From: a virus
DNA: 64,000 bases
IMG/VR virus record: IMGVR_UViG_3300037423_001547
Strand: one strand, 5' to 3'
Shown here: positions 15,386 to 23,435 of the stretch, in pieces
Layout of the letters: every line of letters starts with the position of its first letter
Numbering within the stretch: the first letter of the stretch is position 1
Translations under genes and position numbers: made by a program
Notes under the pieces: generated by a model
What the model was told of the DNA's origin: nothing
Database searches by the model: none
What the model saw: the letters and a program-made list of their open reading frames with translations, nothing else

Positions 15386-16330
15386 TTACTGGGCGAGGCG
15401 CGCGGCGAGTTTGGCCGCGACCTTCTCTGCGATCTGTTCGGCGAGTGCCGGGTTCGCGGCGACCGCTGCGGCGAGCGCCGTGATCTGCGCGTCCGACACG
15501 ACCGGCGTCGTCAGCGTGTCGACCTTCTTCGCGAGCTCGCGCAGGCGGGTGTTGGTGTCCTTGAGGTAGGACTGGGGCTGCCAGGTCGTGTTGGTGGCCG
15601 CGTCCGGCGCATCCGGCGGGGCGGCGACCTGGTCGGTCTTCCAGACGGCGTCGTAGATGTCGGCCTTGGTGATTCCGGCCATGGGGTCCTCTTCCTGGGT
15701 GGGTCCTGCACGGAGGGTGGAGGCCACGTCGGAGCGGACCGCAGGCATGGCCATGATCTTGCCCGGGGCGTAGCCGGGGTCCCACTTGTCGTCGGACCAT
15801 TCGCCGTGCGCGATGACCGAGCGTTCCGTCCAGCCGTGGAAATCGAGGACCGCCGCCGACAACCGGCGGGCCGCCGCATACTGCGCCGCGCTCATCTCAT
15901 GCGATCCGCTGTACTGGATCTCGACGCCGTAGAAGTGGGCGTTGCCGTCCACCCCGTCGCTGTTGCCGCGCGTCGGGTGCAACTGGCCCGTGTAGTCCTC
16001 GTTGATGACGTGCTGCAGCACCGCCGGGTCGCCGCCGCCAGCGTGGTTCGCTCGGCCCCAGCCGATCAGGTAGACGGTGCCGTCGGCGCCGATGGAGAAG
16101 TGGCAGAGCGGGCCCGGCAGGTCGGAGAGTCCGTTGTAGAGGGTGCCTGCGGCGTAGGCCTTGGCGTCTTTCACGTCGGCGCCGGTGTGGTGCCAGATGA
16201 AGCCGTTGACCGGCCCCCACGCGCCCTTGCTGTTGCGGTTGTGGGTGGCCCAGCCGGAGATCTCGACGTACCGGAGACCCCACTTCTTCAGCTGGGTGAC
16301 GGCCTCCGTGGCCGTCATCGGGGTCGCCAT
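15386..16330 (-). CDS. endolysin, N-acetylmuramoyl-L-alanine amidase (PGRP/amidase_2 type)
   Basis: From ATG 16330 (GGAG upstream): GFIWHHTGADV...GRANHAGGGD...FYGVEIQYSG are amidase_2-like motifs, with an Ala-rich C-terminal domain. The track extension to 16429 has no RBS and covers a regulatory motif. Confidence 0.88.
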   Translation of the reverse strand: MATPMTATEAVTQLKKWGLRYVEISGWATHNRNSKGAWGPVNGFIWHHTGADVKDAKAYAAGTLYNGLSDLPGPLCHFSIGADGTVYLIGWGRANHAGGGDPAVLQHVINEDYTGQLHPTRGNSDGVDGNAHFYGVEIQYSGSHEMSAAQYAAARRLSAAVLDFHGWTERSVIAHGEWSDDKWDPGYAPGKIMAMPAVRSDVASTLRAGPTQEEDPMAGITKADIYDAVWKTDQVAAPPDAPDAATNTTWQPQSYLKDTNTRLRELAKKVDTLTTPVVSDAQITALAAAVAANPALAEQIAEKVAAKLAARLAQ

Positions 16331-16331
16331 C

Positions 16332-16382
16332 TCAGGCTCCGTTCGCGCTGGCGTGGCGGGCGAGTGACGATTCCGCGGGCAT
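16332..16382 (-). CDS. 16-codon upstream ORF coupled to the endolysin start
   Basis: ATG 16382 preceded by GGGAGG. Encodes MPAESSLARHASANGA. The TGA (16334-16332) sits 1 nt before the lysin ATG. Confidence 0.3.
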   Translation of the reverse strand: MPAESSLARHASANGA

Positions 16383-16405
16383 GCTGGCCTCCCACAGGCT
16401 AGGTT

Positions 16406-16419
16406 CCTTTGAATCGTAG
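16406..16419 (-). promoter_or_regulatory. late-operon leader motif, copy 1 (upstream of the lysis genes)
   Basis: The minus strand reads CTACGATTCAAAGG, 23 nt upstream of the uORF ATG. A second GAATCGCAG copy lies at 16443-16451. Confidence 0.5.
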
Positions 16420-16572
16420 CCTGTAGCACCCCATTGACCTATGAATCGCAGGCTATAGTTCGTTCATCCCTGGCTCAGGGGATGGCGGCGGGAGCGTGTC
16501 CGTGCGGGTCGCGCTCTCGCCGCGCCAGGCACCGGCACCCCCACCCGCACAAACCCGCACGCAGGAGCAGCC

Positions 16573-17310
16573 ATGCATGACCCGCTCACCGTCGCGTTCG
16601 AGATCCGCCGCCCCTGGCCGGAGCGCTCCACCCTCCCCGCCGCAGGCGACAAGGCCGCGCGCTGGCGCATCCGCCTCCACCACGACTGTGGCACCTGGTG
16701 CGCCGACGACCCACCTCACAAGGGCGGCGCGTTCCCCTGGTGGAAGCCCTCCAGCTACAGCGCGTTCTGGCGCCTCGCAGGCCGGGACTACTACTTCCCG
16801 CCCGTGATCACCGTGTGGCACCGGGAGCCTGGTGGGCGTGACGGCCTGACGGTGTGCAGCAGACGTGTCCAGCGTCGCGACGGTACGTGGCGGCGCACGC
16901 GCGGCTGGCGTTGGCACATTCACCATTACAAGATCCAGTTGCGGCCCTTCCAGAAGTGGCGCCGACGCCTGCTCACCCGCTGCGCCTGGTGCGGTGGCCG
17001 CTCCGTGAAGGGCGACCAAGTCAACGTCTCCCACTCCTGGAACGGCTCGCGATCCCGCTGGTGGCAGGGCGAACGTGGCTTGTTCCACCGGGACTGCTCC
17101 CCGATCGAACGGGCCCACGCCACCTGCGTGTGCACGCGGCCCGTGCTGGACCACGACACCTACGGGAGGTGCGCCAGCTGCGGCCGGTTCCGGCCCTTCG
17201 GCCTCACCGACGCCAACCTCGCCCGCGCCCGCGACCTCCAGACCATCCCGAAGGGCAGCCGCCGCGCCGACGCCGAGGAGAAGCCCGTGGCGGACGGGGA
17301 CGAGTCGTGA
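16573..17310 (+). CDS. Trp/Arg/Cys/His-rich protein of unknown function, first gene of the plus-strand cassette
   Basis: 245 aa containing VWHREPGGRD, WRWHIHHYKIQ, CAWCGG and CASCG, which looks like a metal-binding arrangement. I recognise no family. Confidence 0.65.
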   Translation: MHDPLTVAFEIRRPWPERSTLPAAGDKAARWRIRLHHDCGTWCADDPPHKGGAFPWWKPSSYSAFWRLAGRDYYFPPVITVWHREPGGRDGLTVCSRRVQRRDGTWRRTRGWRWHIHHYKIQLRPFQKWRRRLLTRCAWCGGRSVKGDQVNVSHSWNGSRSRWWQGERGLFHRDCSPIERAHATCVCTRPVLDHDTYGRCASCGRFRPFGLTDANLARARDLQTIPKGSRRADAEEKPVADGDES

Positions 17311-17410
17311 GCTACCTGTGCGCCGCGTTGGCGTTCCTGTTCGCGTTCGTCGTCCTCGCCCCACACGCCGAAGTCCACGTAGAGCCCGTACCTGCCGCGT
17401 GGAGCGGCCG

Positions 17411-17569
17411 ATGAACACCGCCGTCACCATCACCGCGATCATCGCCGCCGTCGCCCTGCTGAACAGCGGCATCACCGCCCTACGCGACATCGCCAAAGCG
17501 AAACACCAGACCGTCACTAAGCACTGCAAGACCTGCACCTGCGACAACAGCAAGGAGTCAGAGGCATGA
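17411..17569 (+). CDS. small membrane protein (52 aa)
   Basis: ATG 17411 preceded by GGAG. Has a TM segment (VTITAIIAAVALL) and a Cys-rich tail (CKTCTC). Its stop overlaps the epimerase ATG (ATGA). Confidence 0.5.
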   Translation: MNTAVTITAIIAAVALLNSGITALRDIAKAKHQTVTKHCKTCTCDNSKESEA

Positions 17570-19242
17570 AGGTTCTGATCACGGGTGGCAGCGGCTTCAT
17601 CGCCTCATGGTGCCGCCGGGAACTCCTCGCGCGAGGCCACAGCGTGCTGGTCATGGACCACCAGGACCGCCGCCAGCACCTCGCAGACGGCGAGGAGTTC
17701 TTCCTCGGCGACGTCCGTGACGCAACCGCCGTCACCGAAGCCGCCGCCCACGTCGACGGGATCATCCACCTCGCCGCCGTCCTCGGCACCCAGGAGACCA
17801 TCAGCAACCCGCGGCCCAGCGCCGAGACGAACATCCTCGGCAGCCTGAACGTCTTCGAGGCCGCCGTGCAGTACAACCTCCCTGCGGTCTATGCAGGGGT
17901 GGGGAACGCGTGGATGCGGGACCACGGAACCGGCTCCTACACGATCAGCAAGACGGCGGCCGAGGACTTCGTCCGCATGTTCAACGCCTACCGCAGCGGC
18001 CGTATCACGATCGTCCGCCCCGTCAACGCCTACGGGCCGGGGCAGAGCATCGCCGCCCCCTACGGCTGCGTCGATCCGAGCACACCCGTACTGTGCGCCG
18101 ACCTCGTCTGGAGGCCGATCTCCAGCCTGCGGGAAGGTGACGAGATCGTCGGCATCGACGAGTACGCGCCAGCGAAGAAGCAGCGAAAGCTGCGTCGGTC
18201 CACCGTGACGGGCTCGTGGGCAACGCGAAAGCATGCCGTCCGTCTCCACTTCGACGACGGCCGGTCGGTCACCTGCTCGCTCGATCACCCCTGGCTCGCA
18301 TCCTCACCGTCGGGGCAGATCCGCCAGTGGATCGAGGCGCGGAAGCTCCGCACAGGGGACCGCGTCGTGTGGGCCACGGATCAGACCTGGGACGCTGGGG
18401 ACAGCCGTTCCCACGGCTACGTCTCTGGACTCCTCGACGGCGAGGGGCATGTAGGCGGCCACGGCCCGGTATTCACGCAGAACCCCGGCCCCGTGCTGGA
18501 CGAGTACCTCTACCTCCTCAAAGAGTTCGGGTTCGAGCCCCAGACCCGGACGAAGGAGAACGGCCGGATCGTCGTGGACACGTCGGTCTCGGGACTGACT
18601 TCACGACTTCGGCTGCTGGGCGAGTTCCGCCCCGTCCGTCTCCTTGCGAGGGCCTCGCAGCTCTGGGAAGACAAGGCGCCGAACGGCGGCCGGGCGACCA
18701 TCACGGCCATCGAAGAGCTGGGCGAGACGGACCTGTGGGACGTCGAGACCACGTCGCACACCTACATCGCCAACGGGTTCGCGTCACACAACTCCAGCAA
18801 GGTCCGCAAGATCATGCCCGCCCTGACGTGCCGTGCGCTGACCGGTGCGGACATCGAGGTGTACGGCGACGGCACCCAGATCTCCGACTGCGTGTACGTC
18901 GGCGACGTGGCGCGGACGTTCGTGACCGCGTTTGAGCACACCGCCGCGCACGGGCCGACGGAGAAGCCGGTGGAGGTCGGGCCGCTCACGTCGGTCACCG
19001 TCAACGACATCGCCCGCCTGGTCGCTGAGGAGGCCGCGCGGGTGACGGGGCGGGAGCCGGTCGGGTTGAAGCATCTGCCGATGCGGCCGGGTGAGGTCCC
19101 GAACGCTGTCGTCTCCTCCGACACCAGCACGCTGCAGCAGATCGGGATGACGGCCGCGGACTTCGTGCCGCTCGACGAGGGCATCCACCACACGGTCCGC
19201 TACTACGCCGAGCAGTGGCTCCCCGGCTACCTGGCCGCCTGA
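17566..19242 (+). CDS. NAD-dependent sugar epimerase/dehydratase (extended SDR) interrupted by an intein
   Basis: Rossmann motif TGGSGFIAS and catalytic SYTISK (YxxxK). The exteins (167 + 149 aa) sum to 316 aa, the normal length for GalE/RmlB-like enzymes. Confidence 0.88.
   Translation: MKVLITGGSGFIASWCRRELLARGHSVLVMDHQDRRQHLADGEEFFLGDVRDATAVTEAAAHVDGIIHLAAVLGTQETISNPRPSAETNILGSLNVFEAAVQYNLPAVYAGVGNAWMRDHGTGSYTISKTAAEDFVRMFNAYRSGRITIVRPVNAYGPGQSIAAPYGCVDPSTPVLCADLVWRPISSLREGDEIVGIDEYAPAKKQRKLRRSTVTGSWATRKHAVRLHFDDGRSVTCSLDHPWLASSPSGQIRQWIEARKLRTGDRVVWATDQTWDAGDSRSHGYVSGLLDGEGHVGGHGPVFTQNPGPVLDEYLYLLKEFGFEPQTRTKENGRIVVDTSVSGLTSRLRLLGEFRPVRLLARASQLWEDKAPNGGRATITAIEELGETDLWDVETTSHTYIANGFASHNSSKVRKIMPALTCRALTGADIEVYGDGTQISDCVYVGDVARTFVTAFEHTAAHGPTEKPVEVGPLTSVTVNDIARLVAEEAARVTGREPVGLKHLPMRPGEVPNAVVSSDTSTLQQIGMTAADFVPLDEGIHHTVRYYAEQWLPGYLAA
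18067..18792 (+). mobile_element. intein (242 aa) with a LAGLIDADG-like motif
   Basis: Starts with Cys (CVDPSTPVLCADL). Block B is VTCSLDHPW, followed by GYVSGLLDGEGHV. It ends TSHTYIANGFASHN and is followed by Ser (+1). Confidence 0.85.
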
Positions 19243-19257
19243 ACGAAGGAGGCGGCC

Positions 19258-19860
19258 GTGGCCCGCTTGCAGATCCTGCAACTTCCCGAAGGCGCTGGCG
19301 ACGACCGGCCGCCGTTCGTCCTCGTCATCGACCAGCACCAGCCGCAGCGCTACGCACTCGGCATCGGCGAGGACGAGCCCGAGATGGTCGACGAGTTCGC
19401 CGGCGTCGCCGAGCAGATCGGGGCCCGTGTCGTGTTGGTGTTCCAAGAGACCGTCGAGATCCCTGCGAATGAGACCGCCGTGCACGCGCAACCCCTGATG
19501 CGCGTCGCGGACTTCGCGGGGCTCGACGAGATCAAGCGGCTGACCGAAGAGCGTGACGAAGCCCGCCTGTGGGCCCGACACGGCTACGAGATCGGGCAAC
19601 GCCACTGCGGCTGGTCCGACCACGGCGTCGCACCCGACTGGCTCACCGAAGGTTGGCCGCCCCACTTCGACGACTGCGAGCACTTCAAGCGTGCGGCGGA
19701 CTACGACGAGGCGCTCACCCGCGTCCGCAACCTGCCCGAGGAGCCCAAGTTCATGGATGCCCTGCACTCCGACTCCGCTGGCTACCGGCACGGCTACCGA
19801 GTGGCCATCGGCGATGCCAAGCGCGCCACCCGAGCCCGAGCCGCAGAGGACGGAGGCTGA
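19258..19860 (+). CDS. hypothetical protein (200 aa)
   Basis: Balanced composition, GGAGG upstream, embedded between the epimerase and the glycosyltransferase. Confidence 0.65.
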   Translation: MARLQILQLPEGAGDDRPPFVLVIDQHQPQRYALGIGEDEPEMVDEFAGVAEQIGARVVLVFQETVEIPANETAVHAQPLMRVADFAGLDEIKRLTEERDEARLWARHGYEIGQRHCGWSDHGVAPDWLTEGWPPHFDDCEHFKRAADYDEALTRVRNLPEEPKFMDALHSDSAGYRHGYRVAIGDAKRATRARAAEDGG

Positions 19861-19861
19861 C

Positions 19862-20875
19862 GTGCGCTGCCACTTCTGGTCCGCTGACCAGGCGGGTTCC
19901 AGTCTGTACAGGGCTACCCTGCCCGGGATGAGCTTGCAGTGGCTCGGTCACAATGTGTCCGGCGGCATGCGACTCCCCCAGGACTGGCCTGCCCTCGACG
20001 CGGTCGTTGGCTGCCGGGTGGCCAAGCGGGAGCCGTCCCTGATGTGGCACAAGCTGAAGGACGAGGGGAAGCGGCTCGTCCTCGACCTCGACGACGACTA
20101 CTTCCACATCGACCCCAGCAACGCCCACGCCCGCCAGGTCTGGGACACCGACATGCTCGGCAGGCTCGTCGCCAACATGCAGATCGCAGACCTCGTCACC
20201 TGCTGCTCCGAACCCCTCGCCGACGTCCTCCGCAACTACGCCGAAAACGTGCGAGTGATTCCGAACGGGCTGCCGGCGCAGTACCTGGGCACGCCCCGCG
20301 ACTACGAGGCCGCGGATCGTCCGCTGTTCGTGGGCTGGGCTGGCACGTCGTCCACGGTGGCGGAGTTGCCAGAGACTGTTCGCGCCCTCAACCGGATCGC
20401 CCAGTACCCGCGGCCCGGCGGCGGGGTGCAGGTCCGCATCGTTGGGATCAGCCCGGAGCACGCGATGGGCCTGGGGCTGCGCGGCCGGCGGGTCGGTGCG
20501 TTGGGTTGGGTGGAGCGGTTCGAGCACTACCTGCACGCGGTGTCCGAGTTCGACGTGTGGTGTGCGCCGTACAGGGACACGGCGTTCAACCGGGCGAAGT
20601 TCGCTACGAAGTGGCTGGAGGCCTCGGTGCTGGGGATCCCGCTGATCGCCTCCGATATCGAGCCGTACCGGCGGGTGATCCGGCATGGGGAGAACGGGTT
20701 CCTCGTGAAGTACGAGCACGAGTGGGGACGCTGGCTTAAGCGGCTCGCCGACGACCCGGAGCTGCGCCAGCGGATCGGGATGACGGCGCGGGGTGAGGCG
20801 TCGGGCAGCATCATGCAGGCGTTGCATCACCAGTGGGAGGCGGCCGTCCGCATGCCTGCGGAGGTGACCGCATGA
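19862..20875 (+). CDS. GT-B fold glycosyltransferase (GT1/GT4-like)
   Basis: GTG 19862 with GGACGGAGG upstream. The C-terminal KWLEASVLGIPLIASDIEPYRRVIRHGENGFLV matches the E-x7-E sugar-donor region of GT4-type enzymes. Confidence 0.78.
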   Translation: MRCHFWSADQAGSSLYRATLPGMSLQWLGHNVSGGMRLPQDWPALDAVVGCRVAKREPSLMWHKLKDEGKRLVLDLDDDYFHIDPSNAHARQVWDTDMLGRLVANMQIADLVTCCSEPLADVLRNYAENVRVIPNGLPAQYLGTPRDYEAADRPLFVGWAGTSSTVAELPETVRALNRIAQYPRPGGGVQVRIVGISPEHAMGLGLRGRRVGALGWVERFEHYLHAVSEFDVWCAPYRDTAFNRAKFATKWLEASVLGIPLIASDIEPYRRVIRHGENGFLVKYEHEWGRWLKRLADDPELRQRIGMTARGEASGSIMQALHHQWEAAVRMPAEVTA

Positions 20876-21117
20876 TCGCCCGCCTGACCTGGATCCCTGA
20901 CAACGGCGAGAGCGAGACCCTCACCGTAGACATCGCAGCACCCTGGCTCGAAGAGTTCCGCTCCTTGATCGGCACGCCCGAGTGGGCAAGCAGCGAAGCC
21001 GTCATGTGGATCCCCTGCCGTACCCGCGATGACCAGCCCATGACGAAGCGTCTGTTCCGGCTCGCACGCATCATCGCACTCGAACCCGTCCCAGCTGCGG
21101 AGAGGTCGACGCCTTGA
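20872..21117 (+). CDS. hypothetical protein (81 aa)
   Basis: ATGA overlap with the glycosyltransferase stop. Confidence 0.5.
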   Translation: MIARLTWIPDNGESETLTVDIAAPWLEEFRSLIGTPEWASSEAVMWIPCRTRDDQPMTKRLFRLARIIALEPVPAAERSTP

Positions 21118-21299
21118 CCGGGCCAGATCATTACCGCGAAGGCGAGCACCTCCTCGGCCGCTGCCTGGAATGGGGCCACGGCGAGCAACGCCAAGCCCTG
21201 GCCGTCGAAGCCGTCGCCCACTTTCTTGCCGCGCTCGTCGCCGCCACAGCCACCCACCAGCACCCCGAATCCGTCCGATGGCAGGAGGCCACCGAATGA
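21114..21299 (+). CDS. hypothetical protein (61 aa)
   Basis: TTG start overlapping the upstream stop. Its own stop overlaps the next ATG. Weak call. Confidence 0.4.
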   Translation: MTGPDHYREGEHLLGRCLEWGHGEQRQALAVEAVAHFLAALVAATATHQHPESVRWQEATE

Positions 21300-22165
21300 T
21301 CGACGGCAAAAGAGTCATTGCGTGGACCCCCTACGGCCGGGTCCGGACGTACAGCATCCTCTTCCAGTACCTGCGGCGGGACTTCGAGGATGGCCTCCTC
21401 GACGAGGTCTGGCTGTACATGAACACCGACCCGACCGGCCAGGAAGACGACATTGCCTACGCCCACCAGCTCGCCGAGGAGCACTCGACCTGGGTCAAGC
21501 TCAAGCACCGGCCCGAAGGCGTCCACCTCGGCCACCTGCCCAAGCAGAGGTACACCGGCCTGGCCTACCGGGAAATGATCGACCCGGACACGGTCTACCT
21601 GCGGCTCGACGATGATGTCGTCTACCTGCACGAGGACGCGATCGAGAACCTCGTGCGCGCCCGCATCGAGATGCCGGCGCCGACCGCCGTGTTCCCGATC
21701 ATCGTCAACAACGCGATCTGCTCCCACTTCCTCCAGGTCTGCGGGAAGGTCCCCATGGAGTGGGGTGAGGTCAAGCCGTACTGCATGGACCCGACCGGCT
21801 GGGCCAACGGGCCCTTCGCCGTCAAGCTGCACGAGATGCTCCTCGACCACATCGACGCCGGCACCGTCGACCAGCTCTACCTGTACCAGGACTTCCCGCT
21901 CCAGCCAGGCACGCAGTTCTCCGTGTCCTGCTTCGCGAGCCTCGGCAGCATGTACGCCGGCCTCCCGCACGGGCCCGGCATCCTCGTGCCGGATGAAGAG
22001 GAGAGCTGGCACACCATCCACCGGCCGCTCGCCACCGGCGCCCCGAACATCCTCCGCGGCGACGCGATCGTCAGCCACTGGTCGTTCTTCCCGCAGCATC
22101 CGTTCCTCAACAACACCACGCTCCTGGACCGGTACCGGGAGATCGCAGACAAGGCGGTGGCCTGA
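21296..22165 (+). CDS. putative GT-A-like glycosyltransferase (DxD-type motif)
   Basis: From ATG 21296 (ATGA overlap), 289 aa. VYLRLDDDVVYLHEDAI resembles a DxD nucleotide-sugar/metal site after an N-terminal beta-alpha region. The family is not identified. Confidence 0.55.
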   Translation: MIDGKRVIAWTPYGRVRTYSILFQYLRRDFEDGLLDEVWLYMNTDPTGQEDDIAYAHQLAEEHSTWVKLKHRPEGVHLGHLPKQRYTGLAYREMIDPDTVYLRLDDDVVYLHEDAIENLVRARIEMPAPTAVFPIIVNNAICSHFLQVCGKVPMEWGEVKPYCMDPTGWANGPFAVKLHEMLLDHIDAGTVDQLYLYQDFPLQPGTQFSVSCFASLGSMYAGLPHGPGILVPDEEESWHTIHRPLATGAPNILRGDAIVSHWSFFPQHPFLNNTTLLDRYREIADKAVA

Positions 22166-22371
22166 TGGCCCAGATCAGCGTCGAGGACGCCCTCGAAGAG
22201 TTCCGGAAGCAGTACGGCAAGGCCGTCGACGAAAACGTCCTCCTCCGCGCGCAGAACACGGCCTTGGAGCGGCGGGTGACGGAGCTGGAGCAGCAACTCG
22301 AAGGCCGCCCCGCACCCGCCGGCCCGGATCTGGCCGCGCAGCCCCCGTTCCTGGAGGGCGAGCAGGGTTAG
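22165..22371 (+). CDS. small coiled-coil protein (68 aa)
   Basis: Its start overlaps the upstream stop. Its 3' end overlaps the convergent tail-fibre stop by 4 nt. Confidence 0.5.
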   Translation: MAQISVEDALEEFRKQYGKAVDENVLLRAQNTALERRVTELEQQLEGRPAPAGPDLAAQPPFLEGEQG

Positions 22372-23435
22372 GCGATTCGGCGGATGTACATGTAGGAGCT
22401 GGTCAGCACCGATACGGCGGCCGCGTTCGACACGGACTGCGACCACTGGTAGGTGATGTTGCCTGCGCTGCCGACGGTGACGATGGACTCCTCGATGATG
22501 GCGATCGACAGGGTGTCGGCCTGGTAGATGGTGGTGGTTGTGTAGCCGTGGCCGGAGAATCGGCCTTGGGTCTGCTGACGTGAGGTGAATCCGGCGGTGA
22601 CGTCGCAGGGGCCGTGTACGAGTTTCAGGCCGGTGGTGCTGGCGGGTACGGCCCAGGCGGATTTGAAGTCGGTGTTGGCGGTGTCCGCGGTCGTCGCGAA
22701 GATCACGAAGCGGACGAGGTAGATGCCTCCGGAGACGACGCTTGCTGTCAGGTGGGGGTCGTCTGCGACGGTGGCGTTGTTGGTGCGGGCGGTGTCGGAC
22801 GGTTTGAGAACGTATCGTTCCTGCCCGATTCCGGTGGCGGAGAGGTTCCCGCCGACGGCGAGGTTCCCGGTGATGTTGGCGCTGCTTGCCACGCTGAGGT
22901 TGATGCCGACGTTGAGGCTGTCGTCGGTGGCCAGTGTGTTGGCGGCGGATCGGTAGAGGTTGACGTCGGGGGCGGTGGACCCGCCTGGCCCCCAGTTGTG
23001 GGTGCCGTCGGTGTCGATCTCGAATCGGTCCTGGGTGTCTCCGGTGACGCGGCTGGAGATCAGGTCGGTGGTGGTGGCGGCGTTGACGACGGCGAGGCTG
23101 GCGCTGCTGCCGCTGGAGTTGATGTTGATCTGTTTGCCGGACGCCAGCCGCAGCGTGGAGTTGAAGCTTGCGCTGCCGTTGGGGATTTCCACCCAGGAGC
23201 CGGACGCCGGGCTGGTGCCGTTGGAGAAGTAGGTCCGGTAGCTGGTGTCGGTCTCGAAGATGCCCTTGCCCGAGTACGGAGACGAGGGCCGCGTCGACGA
23301 CGTGCACGATGCGAAGCCGACTGCGGCGTCGACCTTGTCCCAGTTCTGGCCGATGTCCTGGCTGTAGTTGACCAGTTCGGAGCCGTCGCTCTTGCTCTTG
23401 TACAGGCCGAGGCGTGTGGTGGACGGGTCAGGCAT
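22368..23435 (-). CDS. tail fibre / receptor-binding protein
   Basis: AAAGGAGA RBS. The N-terminus MPDPSTTRLGLYKSKSDGSELVNYSQDIGQNWDKVD is typical of actinophage minor tail proteins. The rest is a Ser/Thr/Asn/Gly-rich beta-type sequence. Confidence 0.78.
   Translation of the reverse strand: MPDPSTTRLGLYKSKSDGSELVNYSQDIGQNWDKVDAAVGFASCTSSTRPSSPYSGKGIFETDTSYRTYFSNGTSPASGSWVEIPNGSASFNSTLRLASGKQININSSGSSASLAVVNAATTTDLISSRVTGDTQDRFEIDTDGTHNWGPGGSTAPDVNLYRSAANTLATDDSLNVGINLSVASSANITGNLAVGGNLSATGIGQERYVLKPSDTARTNNATVADDPHLTASVVSGGIYLVRFVIFATTADTANTDFKSAWAVPASTTGLKLVHGPCDVTAGFTSRQQTQGRFSGHGYTTTTIYQADTLSIAIIEESIVTVGSAGNITYQWSQSVSNAAAVSVLTSSYMYIRRIA

Noticed and set aside
14939-16402. 487-aa plus-strand ORF across the lysis region
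   Set aside because: It is antisense to the holin and the amidase, both of which have clear motifs. The composition is dominated by Gly/Arg/Val/Asp.
16434-16459. TTGACC ... TATAGT as a sigma-70-type promoter for the plus-strand cassette
   Set aside because: The two hexamers are separated by only 14 nt, outside the usual 16-19 nt window. TATAGT may still act as a -10 element, but I cannot support a full promoter call.
16453-17553. 366-aa minus-strand ORF that would extend the late operon across the cassette start
   Set aside because: It is antisense to the 16573..17310 gene. The sequence is Ala/Gly/Arg/Val-rich with no RBS. The plus-strand genes here are coupled by ATGA overlaps and include a clear epimerase.
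18067-18792. Calling the intein an active homing endonuclease
   Set aside because: I could find only one LAGLIDADG-like motif, and the insert is short at 242 aa. The endonuclease may be degenerate. I claim only the splicing-domain hallmarks.
21131-23307. Minus-strand ORFs 21131..22099 and 21877..23307
   Set aside because: The first is antisense to the GT-A-like gene. The second is an alternative frame of the fibre gene with extreme His/Arg/Pro/Gln content. Neither has coding-like composition.
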